This document shows, in pieces, positions 25,640 to 39,347 of a stretch of 64,000 nt of DNA. The stretch comes from Octopus sinensis (Eukaryota): NCBI RefSeq assembly GCF_006345805.1, contig NC_043025.1, positions 8,308,001 through 8,372,000 on the forward strand, read 5' to 3'. The position numbers and the translations under genes are program-made. The stretch's first letter is position 1, and each line of letters starts with the position of its first letter. The notes beneath the pieces were generated by a model. It had not been told where the DNA came from and searched no databases. It saw nothing but the letters and a program-made list of their open reading frames with translations.

Positions 25640-26635
25640 TTTGTCAACCATTTTCTTATCTATGGACCCCCTTCGATTACTATTTTATTCTTGTGGACCC
25701 CTTTAGCCATTCTATATTTCAAAACTAGTTTCATAGAAACTTCTTTCAAAATTCCTATTCTGTTTTACACTCATTAACTTGTGTAGGTTGAACAATGTAA
25801 AATGTTGGAGAAAGAAACCCAGCTGTTTCTTGCAATACATAACCAATACATACATCTAAAGCAGGGGTTCTCAACCATTTCTTATCTATGGACCCCTTTT
25901 GCCATTCGATGTTAAAAAAACTAGTTTCATAGAAACTTCTTTCAAAATTCCTATTTTGTTTTCCACCCATTAATTTGTGTAGGTTGAACAATGTAAAATG
26001 TTAGGGAAAGAAACCCAGTTGTCTCTTGCAATACAGACCAATACATACATCTAAAGCAGGGGTTCTCAACCATTTCTTTTATCTACGGACCCCTTTGATT
26101 ACTCTTTTATTTTAGTGGCCCTTATAACCATTCGATGTTTAAAAACTAGTTTTATAGAAACCTCTTTCAAAATTCCTATTTTATTTTCCACACATTCACT
26201 TGTGTAGGTTGAACAATGTAAAATGTTAGGGAAATAAACCCATCTGTTTCTTGCAATACATAACCAATACATACATCTAAAACAGGGGTACTCAACTATT
26301 TCTTATCTATGGACTCCTTTGATTAGTTTTTAAACATGGAATGGTTATGGGGGTTCACCAGAATAAAATAGTAGTTTTATAGAAACTTCTTTCAAAATCC
26401 CTATTTTGCTTTTCACACATTAACTTGTGTAGGTTGAACAATGGAAAAATATTAGGGAAAGAAACCCAGCTGTTTCTTGCAATACAGACCAATACATACA
26501 TCTAAAGCAAAATTTTTACAGGAGCCCTTAAAATACTATTATGAATCTCCAATTTACTATTTTGTAGCATGGAGCCCCCAAAACTTTATATGGACCTTTA
26601 AGGGTCATATAGTTCCCTATTAGAAACCCCTATTC
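25640..26635. mobile_element. hAT-like MITE whose left part is tandemly amplified (~195-230 bp x4)
   Basis: Each unit junction carries cagggg(t)tctcaacc, resembling hAT termini; a single degenerate right end (agaaacccct) at about 26630. Confidence 0.55.
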
Positions 26636-26667
26636 TAATCTGTCATTTTATACTCTTTCCTTCACAG

Positions 26668-26814
26668 TGTTTCCAGATGCCCAACTACTTCCGGCTCGTC
26701 CTTACTCTGCCACACGATAAGGTCCAGGAGGCACTCGGCCGCATTTCTGAATATTGTGCCAAGTATTATTCACCTTTGACCTACAATTCTGCCTCCAGTG
26801 ATGCAGAGAAGTAA
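26668..26814 (+). CDS. TAT: TAT last coding exon (147 nt including TAA)
   Basis: ttcacag acceptor; CFQMPNYFRLVLTLPHDKVQEALGRISEYCAKYYSPLTYNSASSDAEK*. The ten exons join in frame (1136 nt). Confidence 0.95.
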   Translation, partial: CFQMPNYFRLVLTLPHDKVQEALGRISEYCAKYYSPLTYNSASSDAEK

Positions 26815-27049
26815 CGTACGTCCACAAACTTTATCCTTCATCTTTTACTTGTTTCAGCCTTTAGTCTGCTGCCATGCTGGAGCAGAACCTCGAAGGGTTT
26901 ACTTGAACAAATTGACACCTGTATTATTCTTTTTTTTAAGCCTGGTACTTGTTTTATCAGTCTCTTTCTGTCAAACCACTAAGTTACGAGGACAGGAACA
27001 AACCAACACCGGTTGTCAAGTGGTGATGGGGACAAACACACACAACGAT

Positions 27050-27082
<33 letters not shown>

Positions 27083-28371
27083 ACTTTTACTCTTTTACTT
27101 GTTTCAGTCATTTAACTGTGGCCATGCTGGAGCACTGCCTTTAGTCGAGCAAATCGACCCCAGGACTTATTCTTTGCAAGCCTAGTACTTATTCTATCAG
27201 ATCTCATTTGCTGAACCGCTAAGTTACGGGGACGTAAACACACCAGCATCGGTTGTCAAGCAATGTTGGGGGGACAAACACAGACACACAAACATATACA
27301 CACATATGCACACACACACACACACATACATATATATATATACATATATACGACGGGCTTCTTTCAGTTTCTGTCTACCAAATTCGCTCACAAGGCTTTG
27401 GTCGGCCCGAGGCTTTAGTAGAAGACATTTGCGCAAGGTGCCACGCAGTGGGACTGAACCCAAAAGCATGTGGTTGGTAAGCAAGCTACTTACCACACAG
27501 CCACTCCTACGCCTATATCATCATTTAATGTCTGTCTTCCATGCTGGCATGGGTGGGACGGTACCACAAGAGTCAGCCAGGCAGAAGCCTGCACCAGACT
27601 TCTGTGTCAGCTTTGGCAGAATTTTTACAGCCGGATGCCCCTCATAACACTAACCACTCAGCGGAGTGGAATTAGTGCTTTTTACATGGCACAAGCACAG
27701 GCGAGGTCAGTTTTGGCAAGGTTTTTACAGCTGGATGCCCTTCACAACACCAACCACTTTACACATATGTATATTAAATTAGAGATAAAACCACTATTAG
27801 GCAAATCAAACAGTGAAAAACATAAACCAAAACATAAAAATAAAAATAATCAATATAATATACAAAATATATAAAATATAAAATTTTAAAATTTAAATTA
27901 TCTAAATTTAAAATTAAAATTATTAATTTATATTTATAAATTTTTATTTTTTATTTTATTTATTTTTTTTATTTTTTATTTTTTATTAAATATATATAAC
28001 TATCAAAAAGTATTAAAAAGTTTAATATAATATATATATATATATATATACTTTATCTGTGTATTAAGGCTACCATTGGTTTCATGTTATGAAAATATCT
28101 TATCAATTCTTGAAGGTGATCACGTAAAGAAAATGAAATTGGTGTTCATATCCATTTTGAAGACAAATACCAATTTCTCTATGAGATTGGCTTGAAGAAT
28201 TTTTAAGATATTTTCATAACATGAAACCAAAATGAAACTATTGGTAGCCTTTGTACACAAATAAAGAATTCTTATCTGGCAATGCAATGTTGAGCACCCA
28301 TTCTCATTATTCAACATTTATGTGTGTATGTATATATGTATGTACATGTATGTGTGTGTGTGTGTCACTAT

Positions 28372-28597
28372 ATACCAAGGGGGTGCTAAGAAGTTCCTGG
28401 CTTTGGGCAAAAGAAAATACAGGATGATTAGTTAATTAGGATTTTAATCAACATATCTCCTTCTCAGATTCACACACTTATTGCAGCGGCGCTCCTTTGG
28501 GTTTTTAAAGCCCTTTAAAAGAACTCAGAAGTTTGGGCCTTCAACCAGAACTTTCACAGTACCCTTAAAGCCAGAAACTTTTCAGCTACACCTTTTG
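28372..28597. mobile_element. Probable mariner-type MITE
   Basis: Imperfect TIRs ta-ccaaggggggtgctaagaagttcctggcttt / aaagccagaaacttttcagctacaccttttg. Confidence 0.45.
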
Positions 28598-29479
28598 TGT
28601 GTCTGTGTGCACATGTGTGCATGTACACATATATATATACATATATATATATATATCACGTGACCGACCAGACCATCAGATATTGCTACACATCGCTAGT
28701 CACAATGCGTTCGCATTGTTTTAGCCTTCGAGTGACGCCACCCCACTGGCTAAGCGAGCAGGCCAACAGAAGAAAGAGTGAGAGAAATTTGTGGCGAAAG
28801 AGTACAGCAGGGATCACCACCCCCTGCCGGAGCTTCATGGAGCTTTTAGGTGTTTTCACTCAATAAACACACACTACGCCCGGTCTGGGAATCGAAACCG
28901 CGAGTCAGCGGCCCTAACCACTGGGCCATTGCGCCTCCACTATATATATATATATATATATATCTTTGATATATAGGATGTGCTTCCTTCACTTCCCCTC
29001 TACAGAACTGATATTTTCTGTTCCCAACTCATAACCCGTTTCCAATCAGCTATTTTCTCTCAGTGCATTTACCTACAGATACACCTTTTCTGCTCTTCTA
29101 TCCCACTCTGTCACATATTCATGTTGTGCATATAGATATACGACAGGCTTCTCTCTGTTTCCGTCTACCAAATCTACTCACAAGGTTTTGCTTGGCCCAG
29201 GACTCTAATGGAGCACACTTACCCAAGGTGCCACACAGTGGAACTGAACCCAAAACCATGTGGCTGGAAAGTAAGCTTCTTACCATACAGCCCGGCCTCT
29301 GCCTATTCACTATTTCAATCAGTGCTTCATTTTGCTTACACGCAGGTGGGCCCTAATAAATCAGTCATGTTTTCCACTATAGTCCCCAACTGATCTAGGC
29401 CTTATACAAGTTTCAGTGGCTGTGTGGTTAAGAAGCTTGCTTCCCCAACATGTGGTCTGTTCTTGAGTTCAATCTCAGT

Positions 29480-30138
29480 GTGTGGCAACTATATGGCTCA
29501 GAAACCTGGACGTTATCAAAGAAGCTTGAGAGGCAGTTGGATGGAACCTACACTCGCCTCCTTATGAGAGCTCAAAATCTCTCGTGGAAGCGTCATCAAT
29601 CCAAAGTACAAATATATGGGAAACTACCACCTGTATCATCTCTTGTGAAAGGTAGGAGAGTCCAGTTTGCTGGACATTGTTGTAAATCTGAAAATGAGGT
29701 AATTTCTACTCTTCTCCTCTGGAAGCCATCTACTCGCGATACCAGAGGGCGCACACTCTCCTACCCTGATGTAATCTCCAGGGATACAGGCATCCAGCAA
29801 CAGGAATTCCATAATGTTATGATGGACCGTGAAGTCTGGCGTAGCATCATCATCATCATTGTTCGACCGTGGTCGAGACAATGGAATTTACCATGCTACG
29901 CCAGACTTCATGATCCATCATAGCATTACAGAGGTCCTGTTGCTGGATGCCTGTATCCCTGGAGATTACATCAGGGTAGGAGAGTGTGCACCCTCTGGTA
30001 TTGCGAGTAGATGGCTTCCAGAGGAGAAGAGTAGAAATTGCTTCGTTTTTGTCCAGCAAACTGGACTCTCCTACCTTTCACAAGGTAGCATGGTAAATTC
30101 CATTGTCTCGACCACGGTCGAACAATGATGATGATGAT
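29480..30138 (+). mobile_element. RTE-like LINE 3' end with an internal inverted copy and (GAT)n tail
   Basis: LYGSETWTLSKKLERQLDGTYTRLLMRAQN...FAGHC...MMDREVWR; terminal stem-loop tcgaccacggtcga; segment 29845-30085 is inverted. Confidence 0.88.
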
Positions 30139-30470
30139 GGGAAAGTATCTTCTATTATACGTTCAGAGGGATCAAAGCTTTAAAAAAGAATTTGGTAGAT
30201 AGAACATGAAAAGAAGCCCACCATGTGTGTGTGTGTGTGTGTGTGTGCATGTAACTCCTCATTCTAAACGTCAGCCGAGCGTAACGAAAATTCATTACCC
30301 TTCCTACAACACATAGATATCAGCGAACAAACAGATATGTAGACATTTCAATGACTTTTTTTTTTACTTTCAGGTTCCTCTTCATGCCCCATGATGTCTA
30401 TGAGTATATATAACTGCAGCATACACCATACACACACCATGTATGTACATACACACACACACACACACAT

Positions 30471-30502
<32 letters not shown>

Positions 30503-30562
30503 CATTTGTAGAAAACAAATCAAGAGAAGAAACACACTCTAAGATGTAGAGCAGTGAGTGTG

Positions 30563-30618
<56 letters not shown>

Positions 30619-30664
30619 ACACACACACATATATATATATGTTATATATATATGTATATATATG

Positions 30665-30719
<55 letters not shown>

Positions 30720-30810
30720 GTATATATGTATATATATATATGTATATGTATATATATGTATATGTATGCATATATATATATATGTGCGTGTGTGTGTGTG
30801 TATACATATC

Positions 30811-30883
<73 letters not shown>

Positions 30884-31072
30884 ATGATGATATATATATA
30901 CATATATATATATGTATGTATAATTTATTATCATCATCCTCAATAATATATTCTACAGGTACAGTTAGTGGTCCCTTAGGTTATGACATCCATATTTGCA
31001 GAAAATGATTTGATACCTATGTTTCTTATCAATCCATCACCAGCCCCAAGATGGCAAATTTCATAACAAGTA

Positions 31073-31763
31073 TAGGCATTAAATAATCGTCTGTGCATAT
31101 ATGGATTTTGAAACTTAAGGTACACCTAACTGCACCAGCTGACAATATCATTAACAACATTCAGCTCTGACTACAACAGATAGCACTTTTCTTTCAGTTC
31201 TGACTTCATATGAGAACACTCAATACAACACACACATGCACACAAATGCATATATATATATATATATATAAAATATTATTAGAGACAAAACCATGTCAAT
31301 CATCAATATATGTGGTTTTGTCTCAAATAATATTTTATAATATTTTACTATAAAATCGATTTAATCCTAAATCTGATTTTTTCCCTGTAAATTTGGATTT
31401 ATTCCCTAATATTTATTATTTATATATATATATATATATAGATTCAAGTGAGTTCCAATGAATTCACATGAGTGCGATACTTAACTTAGATGCACCAGAA
31501 ATCTTTATGGTATTAACTATAAAATAATGTGGGGTGATTATAAAGAAGAAAAAAGCAACAAGAATGGATTAGTTGTTCAGTACAATTGTTTCATACGAAG
31601 AACAACTTTATTAAAAGCTGCAAATATTGCAGCAAATACAAGTGTCCCATATTCATCAGCCAAAACACGTATGAGTTTTCCAAACATCCTAGGGGGTGAG
31701 GCTACATTAGGAGTACCTTAAGTTTCAAAATCCATAAACACATAGACGATTATTTAATGCCTA
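31073..31763. mobile_element. Probable TA-flanked MITE with ~57-bp TIRs
   Basis: 31073-31129 is the reverse complement of 31707-31763 with a few mismatches. Confidence 0.55.
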
Positions 31764-31896
31764 TTTATATATATATATACACATATGCAATTATATACAT
31801 ATATATGCAGATGTATATATATATATATATATATATACATACATATATATACACACATACATATATATATATGCATATATATATATACATACATAA

Positions 31897-31936
<40 letters not shown>

Positions 31937-32035
31937 TATATATACATACATGTATACATATATATATACATATGTATATATATACATACATATATATACA
32001 CACACACACACACATATATGTATACACACACACAT

Positions 32036-32070
<35 letters not shown>

Positions 32071-33060
32071 CACATATATAATTTATATATACACAAACAT
32101 ATATATGCACATACATATATATACATATACACACACACACACACATATATATACACGTATATATATGTGTATATGTATACACAAATACATATATATATAT
32201 AGATCTATATATATATATATTGGGAGACTTTTCTTGCAGTAGAAGAAATAGCCAAATTTTTGGCTGCTATTTCTAAAAAGCTCGGTATATGGTAAAGTAA
32301 ATTATTTTACTTTACCCTATTTTTATAAAGTAATATTTCAAATATACCGTATATATATATATATAATATATTATATATATATTTATATACATATATATAC
32401 ATATATACATATATATATATATATTTATATACATATATATATTTATATACATATATATATTTATATACATATATACAAGTTTTTATATATATATGCATAT
32501 ATATATTTCTTTTACTTGTTTCAGTTATTTGACTGAGGCCCTACTGGAGCACCACTTTTAATCAAACAAACCAACCCCAGGACTTATTCTTTGTTCGCCT
32601 AGTACTTATTCTATCGGTGTCTTTTGCCAAGCCAGTAAATTACCGGAACTTAAGCACACCAGCATCGGTTGTCAAGCAATGGCAGTGGGACACACACGGA
32701 CACACAAATACATACATACATACATACATACATACATACATACATAAATACATACATACAATCATTCATTCATACATACATACATGCATACATACATACA
32801 CACATACATACACACATACATACATACATACAATCATACATACATACACACATACACACATACATACATACATACATACAATCATACATACACACATACA
32901 TACATACATACACACATGCATGCATACATACATACATACATACATACACACAAACCTACATACATACATGCATACATACACACATACATACACACACACA
33001 TACATACACACACACACACATACATACATACACACACACACACATACATACATACATACA

Positions 33061-33104
<44 letters not shown>

Positions 33105-33266
33105 TACATACATACATACATATATATTTATATATATAAGATAGGCTTCTTTCAGTCTCTGTCTACCAAATCCACTCACAAGGTTTTCGTCTGCCTGAAG
33201 CTTTGGTGCTGAACCTGGAACTTTTTGGTTGGGAAGCAAGCTTCTTACCACACAGCCACTCCTGCA

Positions 33267-33308
<42 letters not shown>

Positions 33309-33374
33309 AGTCCCGGGTTGATTCGGGGTTAACCACAGTAAATAAGGTACTCAATACATAGCAGAGTAAAATTA

Positions 33375-33504
33375 ATTTATTATATAGAAGGAGCTTCTAC
33401 AGGACTAGAACTGTTTCATTCAAGAGAAATCTTCAGGAAGCTTCCTGAAGATTTCTCTTGATGAACAGTTCTAGTCCTGTAGAAGCTCCTTCTATATAAT
33501 AAAT
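33375..33504. repeat. 130-bp palindrome centred on AAG|CTT
   Basis: Arms match apart from two 1-nt indels. Confidence 0.92.
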
Positions 33505-35285
33505 ATATATATATACATATATATGTGGATGGATGTATAAGTGCATATATATATATGTATTTATGCATCTTGAAAGAAACCTGACACCCGAAAACCTAGC
33601 AAGCATGTTTTTTAAAACATCACTCTTTACCAAATATACTCACTTATACACATCTATACATGCTTAACCTGCACACCCCTGTTGCACCCTGCACCCTGAC
33701 ATCTCCCCCCCCCCTCACCGTAAAAACTATTTAACTTAAAACATGACAAGAAACATTAATATGTCCACAAAAATACATACACACACATACACACACTCGT
33801 ATATAATTATTCATATATATATATACATACATATGTATGTATGTATGTGTGTGTGTATGTATGTATGTATGTATGTATGTATGTATGTGTGTGTATGTAT
33901 GTGTGTGTGTGTATGTACGTATGTATGTATGTATGATGTATGTATGTATGTATGTGTGTATGATGTATGTATGTATGTATGCATGCATGTATGTATGTAT
34001 GTATGTATGTGTGTGTGTATGTACGTATGTATGTGTGTATGATGTATGTATGTATGTATGTATGTATGTGTGTGTGTGTGTATGTACGTATGTATGATGT
34101 ATGTATGTATGTATGTATGTATGTATGTATGTATGTATGTATGTATGTATGTGTGTATGTACGTATGTATGTATGTATGTACGTATGCATGCATGTATGT
34201 ATGTATGTGTGTGTGTATGTATGTATGTATGTGTGTGTGTGTGTATGTACGTATGTATGTATGTATGTATGATGTATGTATGTATGTATGTATGTATGTA
34301 TGTATGTATGTATGTATGTATGTATGTATGCGTGTATGTATGTATGTATGTATGTATGCGTGTATGTATGATGTATGATGTATGTATGTATGTATGCGTG
34401 TATGTATGATGTATGATGTATGTATGTATGTATGTATGCATGCATGCATGCATGCATGTATGTATGTATGTATGTATGTATAAGACGAGATAGACAGAAA
34501 AATATGCACACTCACACAACAGAAACAAACAGAAACAACAGAAACAAGCACACGTAGAGTGACTGTAACTTCAAAGTTTTGCTGGCAAAACTTTGGAGTC
34601 TCAATTACTCTGCATTTCTCATTTAGATATTAATGCATTATATTATGTTCATGTTATATGTATAATAATAATAATAATACTAAATTATATATACATACAT
34701 ATGCAAACACACATATATACCCTTTTACTTGTTTCAATCATTTGACTGCGGCCATGCTGGAGCACCGCCTTTAGTCGAGCTAATCGACCGCGGGACTTAT
34801 TCTTTTGTAAGCCCAGTACCTATTCTATCGGTCTCTTTTGCCGAACCGCTAAGTGACGGGAACGTAAACACACCAGCATCGGTTGTCAAGCAATGCTAGG
34901 GGGACAAACACAGACACACAAACATATACACACACACTTATATGTATATACATATATACGACAGGCTTCTTTCAGTTTCCGCCTACCAAATCCACTCACA
35001 AGGCATTGGTCGGCCCGGGGCTATAGCAGAAGACACTTGCCCAAGATGTCACGCAGTGGGACTGAACTCGGAACCATGTGGTTGTTTATCAAGCTACTTA
35101 CCACATAGCCACTCCTGCGCCTACATATATATACCAAAAATTAATTTACGAATGTGTCATTAATTCTATTATTATCCAATGTAACTATTTTAAATATGAT
35201 AATAACAGAAGCGATGACACAGGTGATAGCAGGCTAAAAAATAGCATTAAATAGCCGAGGGATTAAAATTAATCAAAGGACATAG

Positions 35286-35453
35286 TAGGTATGTCAACCT
35301 GCTTGAAATAACAGTCAAAACTCTTATTAAATCGCCCAAAAAGTACACAGGTGAAAAACTACAGAAGTTGATTTCTGTAGTTTTCATCGGTGTATTTTTG
35401 GCGATTTAATAATAAGAGTTTTGACTGTTATTTCAAGCAGGTTGACATACCTA
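35286..35453. repeat. ~168-bp imperfect palindrome
   Basis: taggtatgtcaacctgcttgaaataacagtcaaaactctt / reverse complement; loop gttgat. Confidence 0.9.
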
Positions 35454-35473
35454 GTATGTACTTTGATTAATTT

Positions 35474-35536
<63 letters not shown>

Positions 35537-36040
35537 TCACATACATACACACACTGTCACATACATACATAAATATATAGTCTACATCATGAAAATTCAG
35601 AATCTTTGAGAAATGAGAAATAATATGTTTTTAACGGTGGATCTTGAAGTAGATAAAGCTATAAACAAACCTACAACCTTCAACCCAAAGGTTTTCTGAA
35701 TCCAATATTTACACACTTTTATTTATAGTTCTTTAAACTTTTGAGTTCTGCCTTTAAGAACAAATTATTTCATCCCTCTTGGAGGTTCTGAATTCTTAAG
35801 ACATTGAATCTTCACCGGTAAAAGCCAAGCTTCTAGAATAGAAAAGTTTGAAGAATTGCTTTGGTCTGAATGGTAAAACGTCTGTCATGGTTACAGGACA
35901 TGTGGTTTGGGGTTCCACTGGCAGCCTTTAATTTTCTCTGAACCAAGATTATTAACCCAATATTTCCATCCTATTATTTATCAACTGGAAATTCTAGCCT
36001 TAAAAATATATGAATATACATACATAATCATATATATATA

Positions 36041-36280
36041 TTGGTAAAAACGGTAAGATAACAAAAGAAAGAAAGAGACCTCAATATTATGTAAATAGAG
36101 GAATTTATCTATAAAATAATATGTTACACTTTTTCAGATGGCCAGATAACCGAAGAGATGGTGTTGTGGATTTCCACTTCAGCATCTGAAACTCAGAGTT
36201 TTATCTTGACTATTGAGTAATTGTAACATATTATTTTATATATATATATCTATATATATATATCTATATATATATATATA

Positions 36281-36317
<37 letters not shown>

Positions 36318-36510
36318 TAAAAACGGTAAGATAACAAAAGAAAGAAAGAGACCTCAATATTATGTAAATAGAGGAATTTATCTATAAAATAATATGTTAC
36401 ACTTTTTCAGATGGCCAGATAACCGAAGAGATGGTGTGTGGATTTCCACTTCAGCATCTGAAACTCAGAGTTTTATCTTGACTATTGAGTAATTGTAACA
36501 TATTATTTTA
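36041..36510 (+). repeat. Direct duplication of a ~197-bp unit plus (TA)n, period 273
   Basis: ttggtaaaaacggtaagataac at 36041 and 36314. Confidence 0.93.
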
Positions 36511-36522
36511 TATATATATATA

Positions 36523-36572
<50 letters not shown>

Positions 36573-36713
36573 CATATACATTCATACATATAGGTGGTGC
36601 TCCTGCATGGCCACAGTCTAATGACTGAAACATATTTTCCCTTTTGCTGAAGCACTGAGTTACAGGGATATAAACACACCAACATCAGCTGTCAGCAGTG
36701 GGTGGTGGGGACA

Positions 36714-36744
<31 letters not shown>

Positions 36745-36845
36745 GGTAAGTGATCAAGACCTTTGGCAACCCATGCCAGCATGGAAAACAGATATTAAGT
36801 GCACTAAATGATAATGATATATATATATATATATATGCATGTATG

Positions 36846-36885
<40 letters not shown>

Positions 36886-37073
36886 CATATGTATATATAT
36901 GTATATGTATATATATGTATTTATATATATATGTATTTATATATATGTATTCACATATTATATATGTATATGTATATATATGTGTATATATATTGTGCAT
37001 ACATATGTGTATATATATATATATTTATATGTATATATGTATATATATATTTATATGTATATATATATATATT

Positions 37074-37107
<34 letters not shown>

Positions 37108-37133
37108 GTATGTATGTATATATATATATGTAT

Positions 37134-37167
<34 letters not shown>

Positions 37168-37818
37168 ATATATATATATATATGTATATATATGTATGTA
37201 TATATATATATATATATATATGTTTACGTATATATATACACACACACACAGAGACACATACACACCAGCATGCATGCACATGCACACACACACACACACA
37301 CAGAGAAACACACTCGCACAACACACACATATAATATACAATTGCATCATGGGGTCATCAGAGACGATGGTGGTGTTGAAACGAAAGCACTACTGCTAAA
37401 CTGAACCAGCCTTGTTAAGGTGGCAGCTATATTTTCTCAAGCATGACAGCTAGAAAATTTTGTTGAATATAGCAACCAATAAAGAAATTTTTGTTAAATA
37501 TGGCAGCTACAAAAGTTTGCCAGATATGGCAGGCAAATTATTTTGTTAAATACGGTAGCTAGAAAACTTGTTGGATATACCAGAACCATCTTTTGTCTAA
37601 TATCACAACTGGATTTTATTAGAAATAGCAGTGAAGACTTTTTTTTTGTTTGCAGTTAGAAATGGCTGGAAGATTCTGTTTAATGTGATACTAAAGAAAT
37701 AATGTTCTGATGTAGCCGCTAGAGTGTTTTGTTAAAAAATTTATAGGGAAAAATTTTTGTCAAATATGGCAGCTATGATATTTTGTCGAAAATGTCAACT
37801 AAAAGATTTTATTTAATA

Positions 37819-38216
37819 CTAGCAGTATCGCCCGGCGTTGCTCGGGTTTGTAAAGGAAATAACTATATAAGCATTTTTAGAGATGTAAAGTATAATAGCC
37901 ATCTCAATATGGTTAACCACAAAGGGGGGGAGTGTTACTGTAGCTTTTTACGTTCTGAGATTTAATAATAAATTTTTAGAGAGTTACTTCCCTTATATAT
38001 GCCAAAAATGCATTAAAAATGGGAAAAAATGATGGTAAATTTTTTTTTAAATCATAGACTCATCGTAGACGTGCGCTAATACCCAGAAGGGCTCGATATG
38101 AATCACGACTATAAGATACCCGGTTTTGGTTAAACTGCACCGCAAAATGTGGGAGTAGTTAGGAATCTAAATCGTAGGAGACAGACAGCACACAACCTCA
38201 CTTTTATATATAAAGA
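37819..38216 (-). mobile_element. Non-autonomous Helitron-like element
   Basis: On - strand: A|TC...subterminal hairpin cccg-agcaacgc-cggg...CTAG|T (AT target, no TSD). Confidence 0.72.
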
Positions 38217-39347
38217 TTTCAAACAGAAAATTTCAATGAATATGGCAGCTAAAAACCTTACAAATAACTTTGAAATATCTGTTTTATAAAAAGCAAACAT
38301 TTATATTTGTAAATTTAGTCCTGATACACATATCACAAAGTAACAAGGTTACACAAAAGATAACTTGAACCTACAGAATAAGCCTATCCGGAGTTGTAGG
38401 TTCAAGTCGCAAGTCTTTGTGTAAATGCATTAAACTTCCTTATATAAAATTTTAAAAAACATAAAGGTGTATTCCTTGTTCAGTCCTAGTTTAGTACACA
38501 AAATATTTGATGTCACATGAAATAAGTTTCTTCTTGTACTCCACGTTTTCAAATGGCAGCTAATACAATGAATAAAATATTTTCTTGACTGAAATCTCTA
38601 TTTGAATGTTTATTCAATATTTTTTTGTTTTTCGTGTTATATTTTTACCTGTTGCCATTTTCTTTCGGTTTAAATTCTTTGAGACATATTCATTTATACA
38701 TTTAAAAGCATTTTCTTATTGTTCAAGTTGTAAACATTTCTTTTTGACACCAACAATGGAGATGCCGACTAAACATTTGGCTAACAATTCTGCCAGCTTG
38801 TTGCCATATCATAATAATAATAAAACCAGCCTACTTATGCATGCTTTTCCTCACTTGGACACACAAAGACCTGTTGAGGCAAGTGAAGTCAATATCGAAC
38901 CTCATCCGACGACAGGCACCCATGCCAACCCCCCTTTGCTTGCGAAGACCTGTTGGGGCAAGTGAAATCGGAATCGAAATCAGAATCGAAATTGAACCAA
39001 TCCTATGACTGGCACCCGGCAGATGCCAGGACCCCTGGACTGGTGGTACGTAAAAAGCACTATCTGAATTGTGGACGATGCCAGCGCCGCCTCGCCTGGC
39101 ACCTGTACCGGTGGCACGTAAAAAGCACCCACTACACTCATGGAGTGGTTGGTGTTAGGAAGGGCATCCAGCTGTAGAAACACTGCTAGATCAGACTGGA
39201 GCCTGGTGCAGCCTTCTGGCTTCCCAGACCCCAGTTGAACCGTCCAACCCATGCTAGCATGGAAAATGGACGTTAAACGATGATGATGAAACCTTTCTAC
39301 TCAAGGCACAAATCCTGAAATTTATGGGGAGGAGACAAGTTGATTAC

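Larger units (their letters stand above)
30560..34480. repeat. Cluster of (TA)n, (CA)n, (CATA)n and (TATG)n arrays
   Basis: About 30560-30920, 31770-32215, 32705-33125 and 33825-34480; similar (TA)-rich arrays at 10982-11440 and 36790-37240. Confidence 0.92.

Noticed and set aside
31575-31690. Possible - strand exon (ctaat...ccctag|GATG...; MFGKLIRVLADEYGTLVFAAIF...)
   Set aside because: No recognisable homology, lies inside a probable MITE, and ATP5S is already complete without it.
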